Below, piece after piece: positions 17,841 to 28,196 of a stretch of DNA of 64,000 bases. Origin of the DNA: an uncultured delta proteobacterium (GTDB lineage Bacteria; Myxococcota_A; Polyangia; Fen-1088); NCBI GenBank assembly GCA_963796685.1, contig CAWCMR010000025.1, positions 1,024,001 to 1,088,000 of the forward strand, read 5' to 3'. The position numbers and the translations under genes are program-made. The notes below the pieces were generated by a model that did no database searches, had not been told where the DNA came from, and worked only from the letters and a program-made list of their open reading frames with translations. The first letter of the stretch is position 1. Each line of letters starts with the position of its first letter.

Positions 17841-19352
17841 CTACTGGATCGTCGAATTGGTGACGGTGATGGGCGTATCGTCGTGGTTCGAGATCTGCGG
17901 ATAGGTCGGGTACCATGAACCGCCGATGTTGTTGGTGATGACCGAGCTGTCGATCACGACGTTGCCGGTGTGGTCGTTGGTGACGAAGAAGATCGCGCTG
18001 CCGTAGGCGTTGACCTTGTTGTACTCCATGCGTGTTCCACACAGGGTAAGCGTCATGGTGTTCCCATCGTTGTAGATACCGCCGCCGCTGCCGCCGCCCG
18101 GCGTCCCCGACTCCGCCGGGTTCCCGCCGTTGCCGATGGCCTGATTGTAACTGATGAGCGTATTGATGACGGTCCACGACACGCCGATGCTGCTCAAGGC
18201 ACCGCCATTCGAGCCGACGTTGCCCGACCCGTCGGCACCGCCGAAGGTGCTGTTCACGACGTAGACGGGCAGCCCGTTGTATTGCTCGAAGGCGCGGATG
18301 GCGCCACCGCCGACATCGGGGCCCGTGTCGGCGCACACGTTGTTGGTGAAGCGCGAATTGATGACCTTCAGTCGGCCGCCGCTGGCGAAGATGGCGCCAC
18401 CCCCGGCGTCGCTCGTATCGGTCTGGTTCTTCGAGTTGCCATCGATGAAGGTCAGGTTCTGCACCGCCAATTGCGGCGTTTCTTGATTGTCGCAGTGGCT
18501 GCTGGTCCAGACCTGGTTCTCGTCGCAGGTGTTCATATAGAGAATGCGCGTGGTGCCGCCGCCGCTCAGCGTGATCTTGCCGCCCCCGTCGATCACGATC
18601 TTGGGGCCCTTGTCGTTGAACACCTTGGCCGGCTTGGTGAGCGTGATGGTCACCGGATCGGCGCCGCAGTTGAAGGTGATCACACCGCTCTTGGCGACGG
18701 CGTTGACGAACGCGTCGGCGGTGCAGCTCGCAGCCGTGCCCGTGCCGATGACGGTCGTCGGATTCGACACATCTTCCAGCTGGCCATCCGCGGGGACCGC
18801 GCAATGCCCGTCGGGATTGCCAGGCGCCCCGGGCGGGATCGTCGTGGCCGTCGTCCCGCCGGTGCCAGGCGCACCGCCGCCACCATCCACACCCGGCGAG
18901 CCACCTCCGCTGGCAACGCCACCGGTCCCGGGCAAGCCACCATCGACACCGGGCGAACCGCCTCCGCTGGCATGGCCGCCGGTCCCTGGTGCCCCGCCGC
19001 TCGCCACCTTGCCGCCCGAGCCGGGTGCCCCGCCGCTGCCCGATCGTCCCCCCGTGGTCTGCACGCCGCCGCCACCCGACAGGCCACCCAATCCCGGTGC
19101 GCCCCCGCTGCCCGGCTTTCCGCCGGTGCCCGGCGCGACCACGGTGCCACCACCCGAGCCAGGGTTGCCTCCGGTGCCAGGGCTCCCGCTTGCTCCGCCG
19201 TTCCCGGCCACCGAGGCTGAATCGGGGATGTTCGCATCCAGCTCGTCGTGGCTTCCGCCACATCCTGCCATGATGGCCAGGGCACACCCAAGGCTGGCGA
19301 GTGCGGTCGAGCCGAGCCTTCCGAACAGAGCTCCGTCCTTGCTTCCGGTCAT
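17841..19352 (-). CDS. Lipoprotein with Gly-rich linker and right-handed beta-helix (pectin-lyase-like) domain
   Basis: Lipobox 'MAGC'; repeated GGAI/GGGI and FxxN motifs; 'GVITFNCG'. Confidence 0.75.
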   Translation of the reverse strand: MTGSKDGALFGRLGSTALASLGCALAIMAGCGGSHDELDANIPDSASVAGNGGASGSPGTGGNPGSGGGTVVAPGTGGKPGSGGAPGLGGLSGGGGVQTTGGRSGSGGAPGSGGKVASGGAPGTGGHASGGGSPGVDGGLPGTGGVASGGGSPGVDGGGGAPGTGGTTATTIPPGAPGNPDGHCAVPADGQLEDVSNPTTVIGTGTAASCTADAFVNAVAKSGVITFNCGADPVTITLTKPAKVFNDKGPKIVIDGGGKITLSGGGTTRILYMNTCDENQVWTSSHCDNQETPQLAVQNLTFIDGNSKNQTDTSDAGGGAIFASGGRLKVINSRFTNNVCADTGPDVGGGAIRAFEQYNGLPVYVVNSTFGGADGSGNVGSNGGALSSIGVSWTVINTLISYNQAIGNGGNPAESGTPGGGSGGGIYNDGNTMTLTLCGTRMEYNKVNAYGSAIFFVTNDHTGNVVIDSSVITNNIGGSWYPTYPQISNHDDTPITVTNSTIQ

Positions 19353-19543
19353 GAGGCTGCCTCCCTACACAGGGTAACAGAGAAGGGGCCGCCCCGCGAG
19401 CTGACCCCGCGGCGAACAGCCGGCGGGATCGAGAGCTCCTGAGCGCCGCCCGGCGCCAAACCAATAAAAGCCTGCGACTGGAGGCCGGACTTCCAATCCG
19501 ACCTACAGCCAACCTCTGCTGCCCGCGGGCGATGGCCCGCGCT

Positions 19544-19921
19544 CTACCAGCCGCCGCCGCCGCCGCCACCGCGACGACCGCCACGACCATGGCCTTCGCC
19601 ATGATCGCGACCGCCGCGGCCGCCGCCGAACCCGCCACCGCCACCGCCACCGCCACCGCCGCTGCGTGGGGCGCGTTCGCGCGCTTCACTGACGTTGATG
19701 GGACGGCCCTGGATCTCGCGCCCATTGAGGGTCTCGATGGCCTGGGAAGCTTCCGCGTCGGTGGTCATTTCGACGAACGCAAAACCGCGCGGGCGCCCCG
19801 TGTCGCGATCGAGCACGACCTTCACCTCTTTGACATTTCGTCCGTTCTCGCCGAACACATCCTTCAGTTCGGGCTCGGTTACGTTGTACGACAGATTGCC
19901 TACATAGAGCCTCGTTCCCAT
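19544..19921 (-). CDS. RRM (RNP-1) RNA-binding protein with Gly-rich tail
   Basis: RNP2 'LYVGNL' and RNP1 'RGFAFVEM'. Confidence 0.95.
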   Translation of the reverse strand: MGTRLYVGNLSYNVTEPELKDVFGENGRNVKEVKVVLDRDTGRPRGFAFVEMTTDAEASQAIETLNGREIQGRPINVSEARERAPRSGGGGGGGGGGFGGGRGGRDHGEGHGRGGRRGGGGGGGW

Positions 19922-20310
19922 TACTTTCTCCTCTTGCGTCTCACGTCTCTCTCTTCGTTCCCTGGACCGTGGGCGTGCGAACCGGCCAGGACGGACCGTG
20001 TGTCCTCATGGTTGCCTAACTCAGAATGAAGCCGCTCCTCGACAGCATGCGGACGGTGAGCGAGAAACAGCATGCTTCACCCTACCGAGCCCTGGGTTTT
20101 CGGTCGGAAACAAGTGGCTCAAAGACTGAGCACGAAGAAGTGCACGAAGAAGAGATAGACGGCCGGAACACACCTGAGGGACTCGCTACTTGCTGTGAGC
20201 CTAGCAGATTCGGGCGATGGTTGTCCAATTCCGCGTCGAAGCAAACCGGGCGATCGGCCGGGCGGCCGGCACGTCTCGGCGCAGCCCCGGGAGAGTCGAT
20301 CCCGCGAAAG

Positions 20311-22153
20311 CTAGAAAGCCTGGCGAAATCCACAGGATATGCGTCCCGGCCAGCCCGCCGGCACCAGGACGTCGGTCCGGGCGGCGCGCAGGGGAAAGGC
20401 CCAATCGCAGCGCAAGACCTCGGCGTTGAGCTGCGGAACGAGCAGGCGCAGGCCCGCGCCCGCGTCGCCGAAGAGCATGAGCGCCTGGGCCGTGTCCGCG
20501 GCGTGACCGGCGTCCACGAAGACGAGCCCACCCAGGCGCAGAGAGGACAGGGGCAGCGCCATGGAGCGCAGCTCGAGGTGCGCCAGGTACCAGTCGTAGC
20601 CCTGGAACGTATTGACCGGATAGCCGCGCAGACCTTCCAGCCCGCCCACGTAGACCCGCAGACGGTGGACGTTGTCGGCCACGAATCCGGCCGTGCCCGA
20701 GACAACCACGCGCAAGCTTCGCCCGAGAACCGGCGTGGCCGCGTAGAGCTGCGCCTTGAAGAGTTGGTCGCGCAAGCCATCGCTGTAGTCGCGGCCTTCC
20801 CAGGACGCGCCGACGGTCTGAAAACCGTCGAAGAATGCCAGGTTGACGTGCGCCTCGGCCTTGAAGCGGTAGAAGTCGGCTTCGGAGCCAAGCAAGGTCG
20901 TGGCGCGGCCGAAGCGGAGCGTGACCGATGGACCGAGCCGCTGATCCTCGCCGAGATCGTAGGTGTCGAGATCGTGGTAGGTGCGGTAGCGTGGCGTGAA
21001 AGCATCGTACTGCGCGTAGAGCCCGGAGGTTCGCTCGGAGCTGCGAAAGTAGGTTCGTGTAAAGGCGTCGCGCAGGTCGAGGTCGGCGGGGAAGTCGGGA
21101 AGAAACGACGACCGAACCAGGCCGACTTCGTTACCCACCGTGACCCGCTGGATGAGCCACGCGCGCTGAAACGAGCGCGTGAGGCCCGTGGTGAAGGCGC
21201 CCACGCGGTAGCGGTAGTCGCAATCGCCGGTCAGGGTCGAGCCCGGATCGCTCGGCCCGCCCGGGATCACGCATTGACCGGTATTCGGATTGAATCGCTC
21301 CAGCACGGCTGGTGTGCCGCCGGACCCGGCAATGTTGCGCGTCACGCTGGTGGTGTAGCTGCCGTCGACGAAGCCGCCCCAGTGTTGCGACAACGAATAG
21401 AACGGATATTCCAGGCGCTGCCAATCGGAGAACCCCTCGTGCGATCCCGCCGCGATCTCGCCGATCTTGCGCGACCAATCTTCGTAAAACGCCGTCGTGA
21501 ACCGCAGGTGCGTGCCGAGCACGTTGGGATCGAGGTACGTCGGACCCAGCCACATGTCGCCCTGGCGCATGATGAATTCCACCGAGACCTGTTTGCGCCA
21601 GCCGAGGAAGTTGTTCTCGGCCAGCGAGGCGTTGAGGGTGATGAGGTACCCCGGCTGGTAGTTGTAGTCGCTGTTGAGGCGCAGGCTCCACACGTCGCGT
21701 GTGACGATGAGAACGTCGACGGTCCCGGGCGCCGCGGCCTTCACGGGCACCACGGCCACGATGCTCGACCAGGTCGGATCGTACTGGCTGTAGGTGTTCC
21801 GATTGCGCAGGTTGCGCATGGTCTCGTCGGCCAACGCGGGATCGTAGGCCATGCCGGGCACGAGCAACGACTCGCGGCGGATGTGCTCCTCGCGCGTGGT
21901 GCGGTGAAAATGGTTGAACCATTCGAGCAGCCGGCCGTCGCGGGGCTGGAACACGTCCAGGTTCACGACATAGATGGATCCCACGGTCTTGCCCGCGGGC
22001 GCCGGATCGATGGCAAGACCGCGCGCCGCCAGCGCACCCGCGACCGCGTCGCGTTCGAGCGTGCCGAGCTGCGTCATAATCCGCGGCCCGAGCCTGTGGC
22101 GCGAGAAGCGAAGCCATGGGCGCGACAAAGAGCAAGGCGCGGAGCGCACGCAT
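20311..22153 (-). CDS. BamA/TamA (Omp85)-family outer-membrane protein (frameshift near 22072)
   Basis: POTRA-like 'TTREEHIRRESLL..G..YD....ETMRNLR', 'LAENNFLG', 'LRGYP', C-terminal Phe; signal peptide MRALRALLFVAP lies one base out of frame. Confidence 0.75.
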
Positions 22154-22177
22154 CGTCGGTCATCTTACATCTGAAGC

Positions 22178-22400
22178 ACCCCCCTCGCCCCGCGAAGCGA
22201 ATCGCAGCGGGCGAGGGGGGCCGTTCGGGGGAGTCCAGAAGATCCCTTGCCTGCGCGGAGATCCAACAGCCAGGTCCCCTCGCCCCGGCGCAAGCCGGGG
22301 AGAGGGACAGGGTGAGGGGTCCGAGGTAGGCGCAGCTTCTCTTCCCCTCACCGGCCGCGCTTCGCGCGTCGGCCTCTCCCCGCGTGCCCGCGGGGCGAGG
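22178..22400. repeat. Cluster of BoxC/PIT-like palindromic repeats and variants
   Basis: Full copy 22273-22320, stem-only copy 22178-22220 and a variant with extra GCGCTTCGCGC hairpin at 22344-22400. Confidence 0.75.
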
Positions 22401-22492
22401 CGATAGGGCCGCTGCGCGGCCCCTACAAAACAGCGCCTGGGCTCAGAGGCGGGCTTTCAGGACTGCTTTCAGGACCTTGAAAGGGCTGGGCC

Positions 22493-23551
22493 TCAGAGCG
22501 CGGCCACCACGGCCTGGCCGGCTTCGACGGTCGTCGCGGCCTTGCTGCCGGCGGAGGCGATGTCGGCGGGCCAGACGCCGCGATCGACGACGGCGTAGAC
22601 CGCCTTCTCGACGGCCACGGCCTCGGCCTCCAGACCGAGCGAGTGGCGCAGCAGCATGGCCGCGCTGAGGATGGTCGCATAGGGATTGGCGATGCCCTTG
22701 CCCGCGATGTCCGGTGCGCTGCCGTGGATGGGCTCGTAAAGCCCGCGCTTGCCCACGCCCAGCGAGGCCGAGGGCAAAAGCCCCATCGAGCCCGCCAGCA
22801 CCGACGCCTCGTCGGTGAGGATGTCGCCGAACATGTTCTCGGTCACGATGACATCGAAATAGGCCGGCTTGCGCACGAGGAACATGGCGCACGAGTCGAC
22901 GAGAACGTGCTCCAGCGCGACGTCGGGAAACTCGTTGTGCACGATCTCCTCGGTCACCCGCCGCCATAGGCGCGAGGTTTCGAGCACGTTGGCCTTGTCG
23001 ACCGAGGTCAGCTTCTTGCGGCGGCTTCGCGCGAACTCGGCCGCGCGCCGAACCACGCGGCGGATCTCGTCGCCGGTATACTCGAGCAGGTCGCTGGCGC
23101 TGTCCGCCCCGCGCTTCTTCTCGCCGAAATAGAGGCCGCCCGTCAGCTCGCGCACCACGAGCAGATCCACGTTCTTGATGACCTCGGGCCGCAGGGTCGA
23201 CGCATTCGCCAGCCTGGGATGGCAGGTCACCGGCCGCAGGTTGGCGAACAGGCCCATCGCCTTGCGAATCGCGAACAGGCCCTGCTCGGGTCGCACCGAG
23301 GCGTTCGGATCGTCCCACTTGGGACCGCCCACCGCGCCCAGCAGCACCGCATCGGCGGCCTGGCACAAGGCCGACGTCTCCGCCGGCAACGCCGTGCCCG
23401 TCTTGTCGATGGCGCACCCACCGATGAGCCCCTCGCGGAATTCGAAATCGTGCCCGAACTTGCGCGCCACCGCCTGCAAGGCCTTCACGCCTTCGGCCGT
23501 GACCTCGGGTCCAATGCCGTCACCTGGGAGAACTGCAATCGTGGCTTTCAT
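22493..23551 (-). CDS. leuB: 3-isopropylmalate dehydrogenase
   Basis: '[10 protein letters not shown]', '[11 protein letters not shown]', '[14 protein letters not shown]', '[18 protein letters not shown]'. Confidence 0.95.
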   Translation of the reverse strand: MKATIAVLPGDGIGPEVTAEGVKALQAVARKFGHDFEFREGLIGGCAIDKTGTALPAETSALCQAADAVLLGAVGGPKWDDPNASVRPEQGLFAIRKAMGLFANLRPVTCHPRLANASTLRPEVIKNVDLLVVRELTGGLYFGEKKRGADSASDLLEYTGDEIRRVVRRAAEFARSRRKKLTSVDKANVLETSRLWRRVTEEIVHNEFPDVALEHVLVDSCAMFLVRKPAYFDVIVTENMFGDILTDEASVLAGSMGLLPSASLGVGKRGLYEPIHGSAPDIAGKGIANPYATILSAAMLLRHSLGLEAEAVAVEKAVYAVVDRGVWPADIASAGSKAATTVEAGQAVVAAL

Positions 23552-23582
23552 GGCCGGTGTCTTTAGCACACGGTTCGGCCTT

Positions 23583-23611
23583 GTAGGGGCGGGTTTCAAA
23601 CCCGCCCCTAC
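23583..23611. repeat. GTAG-family REP palindrome
   Basis: GTAGGGGCGGGTTTCAAACCCGCCCCTAC; same element at 41017 and a variant at 44075. Confidence 0.8.
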
Positions 23612-23615
23612 ACCT

Positions 23616-25259
23616 TCACCCGCGGAATCCCTGCGCCACCGGGTAACGGCGGCCGGTGCCGAAGGCCTTGCCGGTGATCTTCAGGCCGGGCGGGAGTTGG
23701 CGGCGCTTGTATTCGGACGTGCGCACCAGGCGTAGGACCTTCTCGACCACCGTGCGCTCGAAGCCCTTGTCGACCAGAGCCTGGGTGTCGAGGCCGTCTT
23801 CCACATGCGCGGCCAAAATGGCGTCGAGGACGTCGTAAGGGGGCAGGCTGTCCTGATCGACCTGGTCCGGCCGCAGCTCCGCCGACGGCGGCTTGGTCAA
23901 GGTCGACTCGGGAATGACCGATCGCTTGGCGTTGATCTCGCGGGCGATCCTGTAGACCCAGGTCTTGGGCACATCCGAAATGACCGCCAACCCGCCGTTG
24001 GTGTCGCCGTAGAGCGTACAGTACCCGGTGGCGATCTCGCTCTTGTTTCCCGTCGACAAGAGCAGCTTGCCGAGCTTGTTGGACAGGGCCATGAGCAAGC
24101 CACCGCGGATGCGCGCCTGCAAGTTCTCCTCGGTCACGTCGGGCTCGCGGCCGGCGAAGGCCGGCGCCAGTGCGTCGAGGTACGCGGCGAACATGGGCTC
24201 GATGGCGATCTCGCGAAACCCAATGCCCAGGTTCCTGGCCACCTCGGCGGCGTCGCGGCGCGAGTGATCCGACGAATAGCGCGACGGCATGGCCACGCCC
24301 AGCACCTCGGCCGGATCGAAGGCGCGGCTGGCGATGCACGCCACCACCGCCGAATCGATACCGCCCGATAGCCCGATGAGCGCACCCGAGAAACCGCAGC
24401 GGCGGGCGTAGTCGCGCGTGCCCAGGACCAGCGCGTCCAGCGCCGAACGGGCGTCCGATTCGGTGAAGGCTCGCAGGTCGCCGTGGCCGGCGTCGAGGTC
24501 GACGAGCACCAGATCGGGCGCGTGCTCGGCGGCGCGGCAGATGATCTCGCCCTTGGCGTTCGCGGCCAGGGACGAACCGTCGAAGACCAGATCGTCCTGA
24601 CCGCCGACCTGGTTCACGAATACGAGCGGGCGCTGCCAGTGCCGCGCCACGGACGAAAGCATGCGCGGGCGCAGGTGCCGCTTTTCGATGGTGAAAGGCG
24701 ACGCCGCGATGTTGATGAGAAGATCGGCGCCAGCCTGCACCAGTTTCTCGATGGGATCCTCGCGGTACAGCCGGCGCGGCCAGAAGTCGCCGTCGTTCCA
24801 GATGTCCTCGCAGATGGAGATGCCCAGGTTGCGGCCGCGGAACGAAACCGGCGCCACGGTGGCGGCGGGCTCGAAGTAGCGCCATTCGTCGAACACGTCG
24901 TAGGTGGGCAGAAGCGACTTGCGCCGGATGGCGACGATCTTGCCGCCCTCGATCAAGGCGGCCGAGTTGGCGATGTGGCGGCCCGCCGCTATTTCCGGCA
25001 GCACTTCCGGGAAGCCCACCAGCACGGCCAGCGAGCCACGCACGCTGCCGCACAGATCGGCAAGGGCGCGATCGCTCGCCTGCAGGAAGGCATCGCGTTC
25101 CAAAAGATCGCGCGGCGGATAGCCGCACACCATGAGCTCGGGCAAGACCAAGAGATCGGCTCCCGCCGCGCCGGCGTCGGACATGGCCTGGCGAATCAGG
25201 CGCAGATTCCCCTCGAAATCGCCGATGGTGGGGTCGAGCTGTCCGAGTGCGATCTTCAC
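23616..25259 (-). CDS. nadE: Glutamine-dependent NAD+ synthetase
   Basis: CN-hydrolase domain ('PEL..CGYPP.DLL', 'ICEDIW') plus 'GLSGGIDS', 'STGNKSE', '[19 protein letters not shown]', 'EYKRRQ'. Confidence 0.95.
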   Translation of the reverse strand: MKIALGQLDPTIGDFEGNLRLIRQAMSDAGAAGADLLVLPELMVCGYPPRDLLERDAFLQASDRALADLCGSVRGSLAVLVGFPEVLPEIAAGRHIANSAALIEGGKIVAIRRKSLLPTYDVFDEWRYFEPAATVAPVSFRGRNLGISICEDIWNDGDFWPRRLYREDPIEKLVQAGADLLINIAASPFTIEKRHLRPRMLSSVARHWQRPLVFVNQVGGQDDLVFDGSSLAANAKGEIICRAAEHAPDLVLVDLDAGHGDLRAFTESDARSALDALVLGTRDYARRCGFSGALIGLSGGIDSAVVACIASRAFDPAEVLGVAMPSRYSSDHSRRDAAEVARNLGIGFREIAIEPMFAAYLDALAPAFAGREPDVTEENLQARIRGGLLMALSNKLGKLLLSTGNKSEIATGYCTLYGDTNGGLAVISDVPKTWVYRIAREINAKRSVIPESTLTKPPSAELRPDQVDQDSLPPYDVLDAILAAHVEDGLDTQALVDKGFERTVVEKVLRLVRTSEYKRRQLPPGLKITGKAFGTGRRYPVAQGFRG

Positions 25260-25278
25260 CGTGTTACCTCCTGGCTCC

Positions 25279-25323
25279 GGTCCCCTCGCCCCGCGCAGCG
25301 GAGAGAGGGTTAGGGTGAGGGGC
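25279..25323 (+). repeat. BoxC/PIT-like palindromic repeat
   Basis: GGTCCCCTCGCCCCGCGCAGCGGAGAGAGGGTTAGGGTGAGGGGC. Confidence 0.85.
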
Positions 25324-25328
25324 GAACT

Positions 25329-26456
25329 TTACCCTGCCTGGTAACCGACGGCCTGCAAAGCCGCATCGTGAAGCACGGGGCGAAGCACGCGAAAGCGCGG
25401 ATCGTCCCGCACCTCGGGATGGATGCGGTTGGTGAGCACGACCACGCAGGTCTCTTGCTCGGGATCGATCCACAGCGAACAGCCGGTAAAGGAAAGGTGC
25501 CCGACCGCGCGCCGGGAAATCAGGTTGCCGGCCAGCGACCCCGCCACGGACGGACCGTCCCAGCCCAGCCGCCAGGTCGAGCCCGGGATACCGGCCGGTT
25601 GCCAGAACGCGCGCAGGACTTCGGGGCGCACGAAGGGCGCGCCGCCGCCCACGCCCCTGCCATGGTAGGCCGCACAAAGGACGAAGGAGAGCCGAAGCAG
25701 ATCCTGGATGCCGCCGAACAGTCCGGCATGCCCCGCGATGCCGCCCATGGCAAAGGCGTTCAAGTCATGGACCTCGCCGACAATGAGGCGGCCGCGCACC
25801 GGGCAGCGCTCGGTGGGCGCGACATCGTGGCCGCGAAATCGGGCCGCCGGCCCGCCCGCCAGCAGATCCACGAAGCCCAGGCCGGCAAGGCCCAGGGGCT
25901 GAAAGATCAGCCGATCCGCCAGGACATCCAGGCGTGCGGACATGACCCGCTCGACCAGAGCGCCCAGCACCATGAAGCCCAGATCCGAATAGACCGACTT
26001 GCTGCCCGGTTGGTAGGCCAGCGTCTCGGCAGAGGCCCGCTCGACGATGGATGTGCGGCTCGCCTGGCTGGGCAGGACCTTGGACGCGGTGCTCTCATAG
26101 AATCTACGATGGGCCGGAAAGCCGCCGGCATGGGCCAAAACCCGCCGCAATGTCACCTCGGGCCGGTCTTCGAGCATCCCAAAATTGTCTGCCAGCGGCC
26201 GATCGAGATGAAAACGCCCCTCCTCCACGCCTTTCATGACAAGCAAGCTCGTGACCAAGGCCTTGGTCAGCGAGGCCAGGTCGTAGACGGTGCCCACCGT
26301 GGCCGGGGCGGGCGCGGGCTCGACCTGGCGATGCCCGAAGGCCTCCACGAACCGGACCTGACCTGCCTGTCCGACCGCAACCACCAACCCCGGAATAACG
26401 CGGTCGTCGATGGCCGCGCGGGCGAAGCGTCGTAGGCTATTGAAATCGGGAGCCAT
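25329..26456 (-). CDS. Serine hydrolase, beta-lactamase (AmpC-like) family
   Basis: SxxK 'DLASLTK', 'YSDLGF', 'GEVHD.NA..MGGIAGHAGLF', 'GHLSFTGCSLWIDP'. Confidence 0.9.
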   Translation of the reverse strand: MAPDFNSLRRFARAAIDDRVIPGLVVAVGQAGQVRFVEAFGHRQVEPAPAPATVGTVYDLASLTKALVTSLLVMKGVEEGRFHLDRPLADNFGMLEDRPEVTLRRVLAHAGGFPAHRRFYESTASKVLPSQASRTSIVERASAETLAYQPGSKSVYSDLGFMVLGALVERVMSARLDVLADRLIFQPLGLAGLGFVDLLAGGPAARFRGHDVAPTERCPVRGRLIVGEVHDLNAFAMGGIAGHAGLFGGIQDLLRLSFVLCAAYHGRGVGGGAPFVRPEVLRAFWQPAGIPGSTWRLGWDGPSVAGSLAGNLISRRAVGHLSFTGCSLWIDPEQETCVVVLTNRIHPEVRDDPRFRVLRPVLHDAALQAVGYQAG

Positions 26457-26571
26457 CGGACGCAAGTTACCAGGTTTCGGTGCCTCAAGAGGGCAACGAG
26501 AGACAGCGGCAGTAGACGGCAACGATGACAGCAGGAAAGATGGCGACGAAGGTCGAAGGACAGAGGCGACG

Positions 26572-28188
26572 ATGAGCGGCACCACGCCCGCCATGGGAAC
26601 GTCCGTGTTCGCCGCTGCCACGCGCAGGCGCCTCGGCCACTATGAGCTGTTCGATCGTTTTGCCGTGGGCGCCATGGCCGAGCTGTACCTCGGGCGCGCG
26701 CGCGGCGAAGAGGGCTTCGAGAAGATGGTCGTCATCAAGCGCGTGCTGCCCCGCCTGGCCGACGACATGCGTTTCGTGCAGATGCTGCAGATCGAGGCGC
26801 GCATCCACTCCTCGCTGTCGCACAAGAACATCGTGCAGATTCACGATCTGGGCATTTCCGCCGAAGGCGAATACTTCATCGTCCTCGAATACGTGGACGG
26901 CCGCGACCTCGGCACCTTGCTGGACACCAGCCCCAGAGCGATGCGATCGGTGCCCACCAGACGCATTGACGACGCGGTCGGCCTGTACATCATGGGCGAG
27001 CTCGCCGAGGGCGTGCACTTCGCACACGAAGTGCGCGGCGGCGACGGCAACCCGCTTGGCCTCGTGCATCGCGACATCTCGCCCTCGAACATCCTGCTGT
27101 CCTACGCCGGCGAGGTCAAGCTGTCCGACTTCGGCGTCGCCAAACGCAGCAACGACAGCTCGGTGGTGACGTCGCTCAAGGGCGAGCTTGGATACATCTC
27201 GCCCGAGCAGGCGCGCGGCGCCCCGACCGACCGGCGCAGCGACATCTTCTCGCTCGGCGCCGTGGCCTTCGAAATCTTCACCGGCAGTCCGCTGCGCACC
27301 CTGAGCGGCAGCCCCGACGACTACCTGAAGGCGGCGTCGGGCATCATGAACGCGCCCCAGCGCTACCGGCCGGACATTCCGCCTGCCATCGAGCGCGTGC
27401 TCGCGGGCGCGCTGTCGCCGGATCCGCGCGACCGGTTCGCCGACGCGCGCAAGTTCGTCGACGCCTGCCGCGAGGCCCTGGCCAGCATCCCCAGGCCGAA
27501 GAACGGCGAGGCGGGCGAGCTGAAGAATCTGCTCGCTTCGCTGCTACCGCCGGGCGCCAAGTCGCAAAGCAAGCTACCTTCCAAGGTCATCAGCCTGATG
27601 CCGAGCCTGTGGGAGGACGTCACCGTCCCCGACTCGCCCATGCCTCCTCTGCTGGCCGGCCAGCCCTTGCCGTCCATGCCCGCCATGCGACCGAGCCCGT
27701 CGCCCAGGCCCACCAGCCAATCCCCTCCGCTGGCGGCACGTCCGCCGTCCGGTGAAAGAAAGATCCCGCCCAGGCTCGCGACCCCCGCGCAGACGCGGCG
27801 CACAGCCGACAGACCAGGCGCCGCGGGTGCCGTGCGCCGGCACCACAACGTGGCCTGGGCCTTCCTCATCCTGGGAGCCCTGATCGCGAGCACGCTGTTC
27901 TCCATCCACATCTACGTGATGCCCCTGTCGGTGGCCATGGCGTATTTCCGCCCGGCCTTCATCGACGTCACCTCCGAACCGCACGGAGCCGACGTGTACG
28001 TCGACGGCAAGAAGGTTCTCGGCAACACGCCCGCCGTGGTCGAGGTCCACCGCGATCACCAGCAGCACGTGGTCGAAGTCCACAAGGATGGCTTCGAGAC
28101 CATTCGTCAAAACCTTCGCTACGACCGCGAGGTCCGCCTGGAAGTTTCGGTTCGCCTCATGCCCGCGCGCGCGCCCGTCCACCCATAA
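26572..28188 (+). CDS. Ser/Thr protein kinase with TM helix and PEGA domain
   Basis: 'VIKR', 'HRDISPSN', 'DFG', 'YISPEQ'; C-terminal 'VTSEPHGADVYVDGK'; start codon uncertain. Confidence 0.9.
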   Translation: MSGTTPAMGTSVFAAATRRRLGHYELFDRFAVGAMAELYLGRARGEEGFEKMVVIKRVLPRLADDMRFVQMLQIEARIHSSLSHKNIVQIHDLGISAEGEYFIVLEYVDGRDLGTLLDTSPRAMRSVPTRRIDDAVGLYIMGELAEGVHFAHEVRGGDGNPLGLVHRDISPSNILLSYAGEVKLSDFGVAKRSNDSSVVTSLKGELGYISPEQARGAPTDRRSDIFSLGAVAFEIFTGSPLRTLSGSPDDYLKAASGIMNAPQRYRPDIPPAIERVLAGALSPDPRDRFADARKFVDACREALASIPRPKNGEAGELKNLLASLLPPGAKSQSKLPSKVISLMPSLWEDVTVPDSPMPPLLAGQPLPSMPAMRPSPSPRPTSQSPPLAARPPSGERKIPPRLATPAQTRRTADRPGAAGAVRRHHNVAWAFLILGALIASTLFSIHIYVMPLSVAMAYFRPAFIDVTSEPHGADVYVDGKKVLGNTPAVVEVHRDHQQHVVEVHKDGFETIRQNLRYDREVRLEVSVRLMPARAPVHP

Positions 28189-28196
28189 CGGCGAAC

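Noticed and set aside
16520-19210. Collagen- or PE_PGRS-like proteins
   Set aside because: The GGxxG tracts are ordinary low-complexity linkers of myxobacterial exported proteins
19930-20200. Possible ncRNA upstream of the RRM gene (includes GCACGAAGAAG twice)
   Set aside because: No recognisable RNA family motif or convincing structure; likely promoter/UTR
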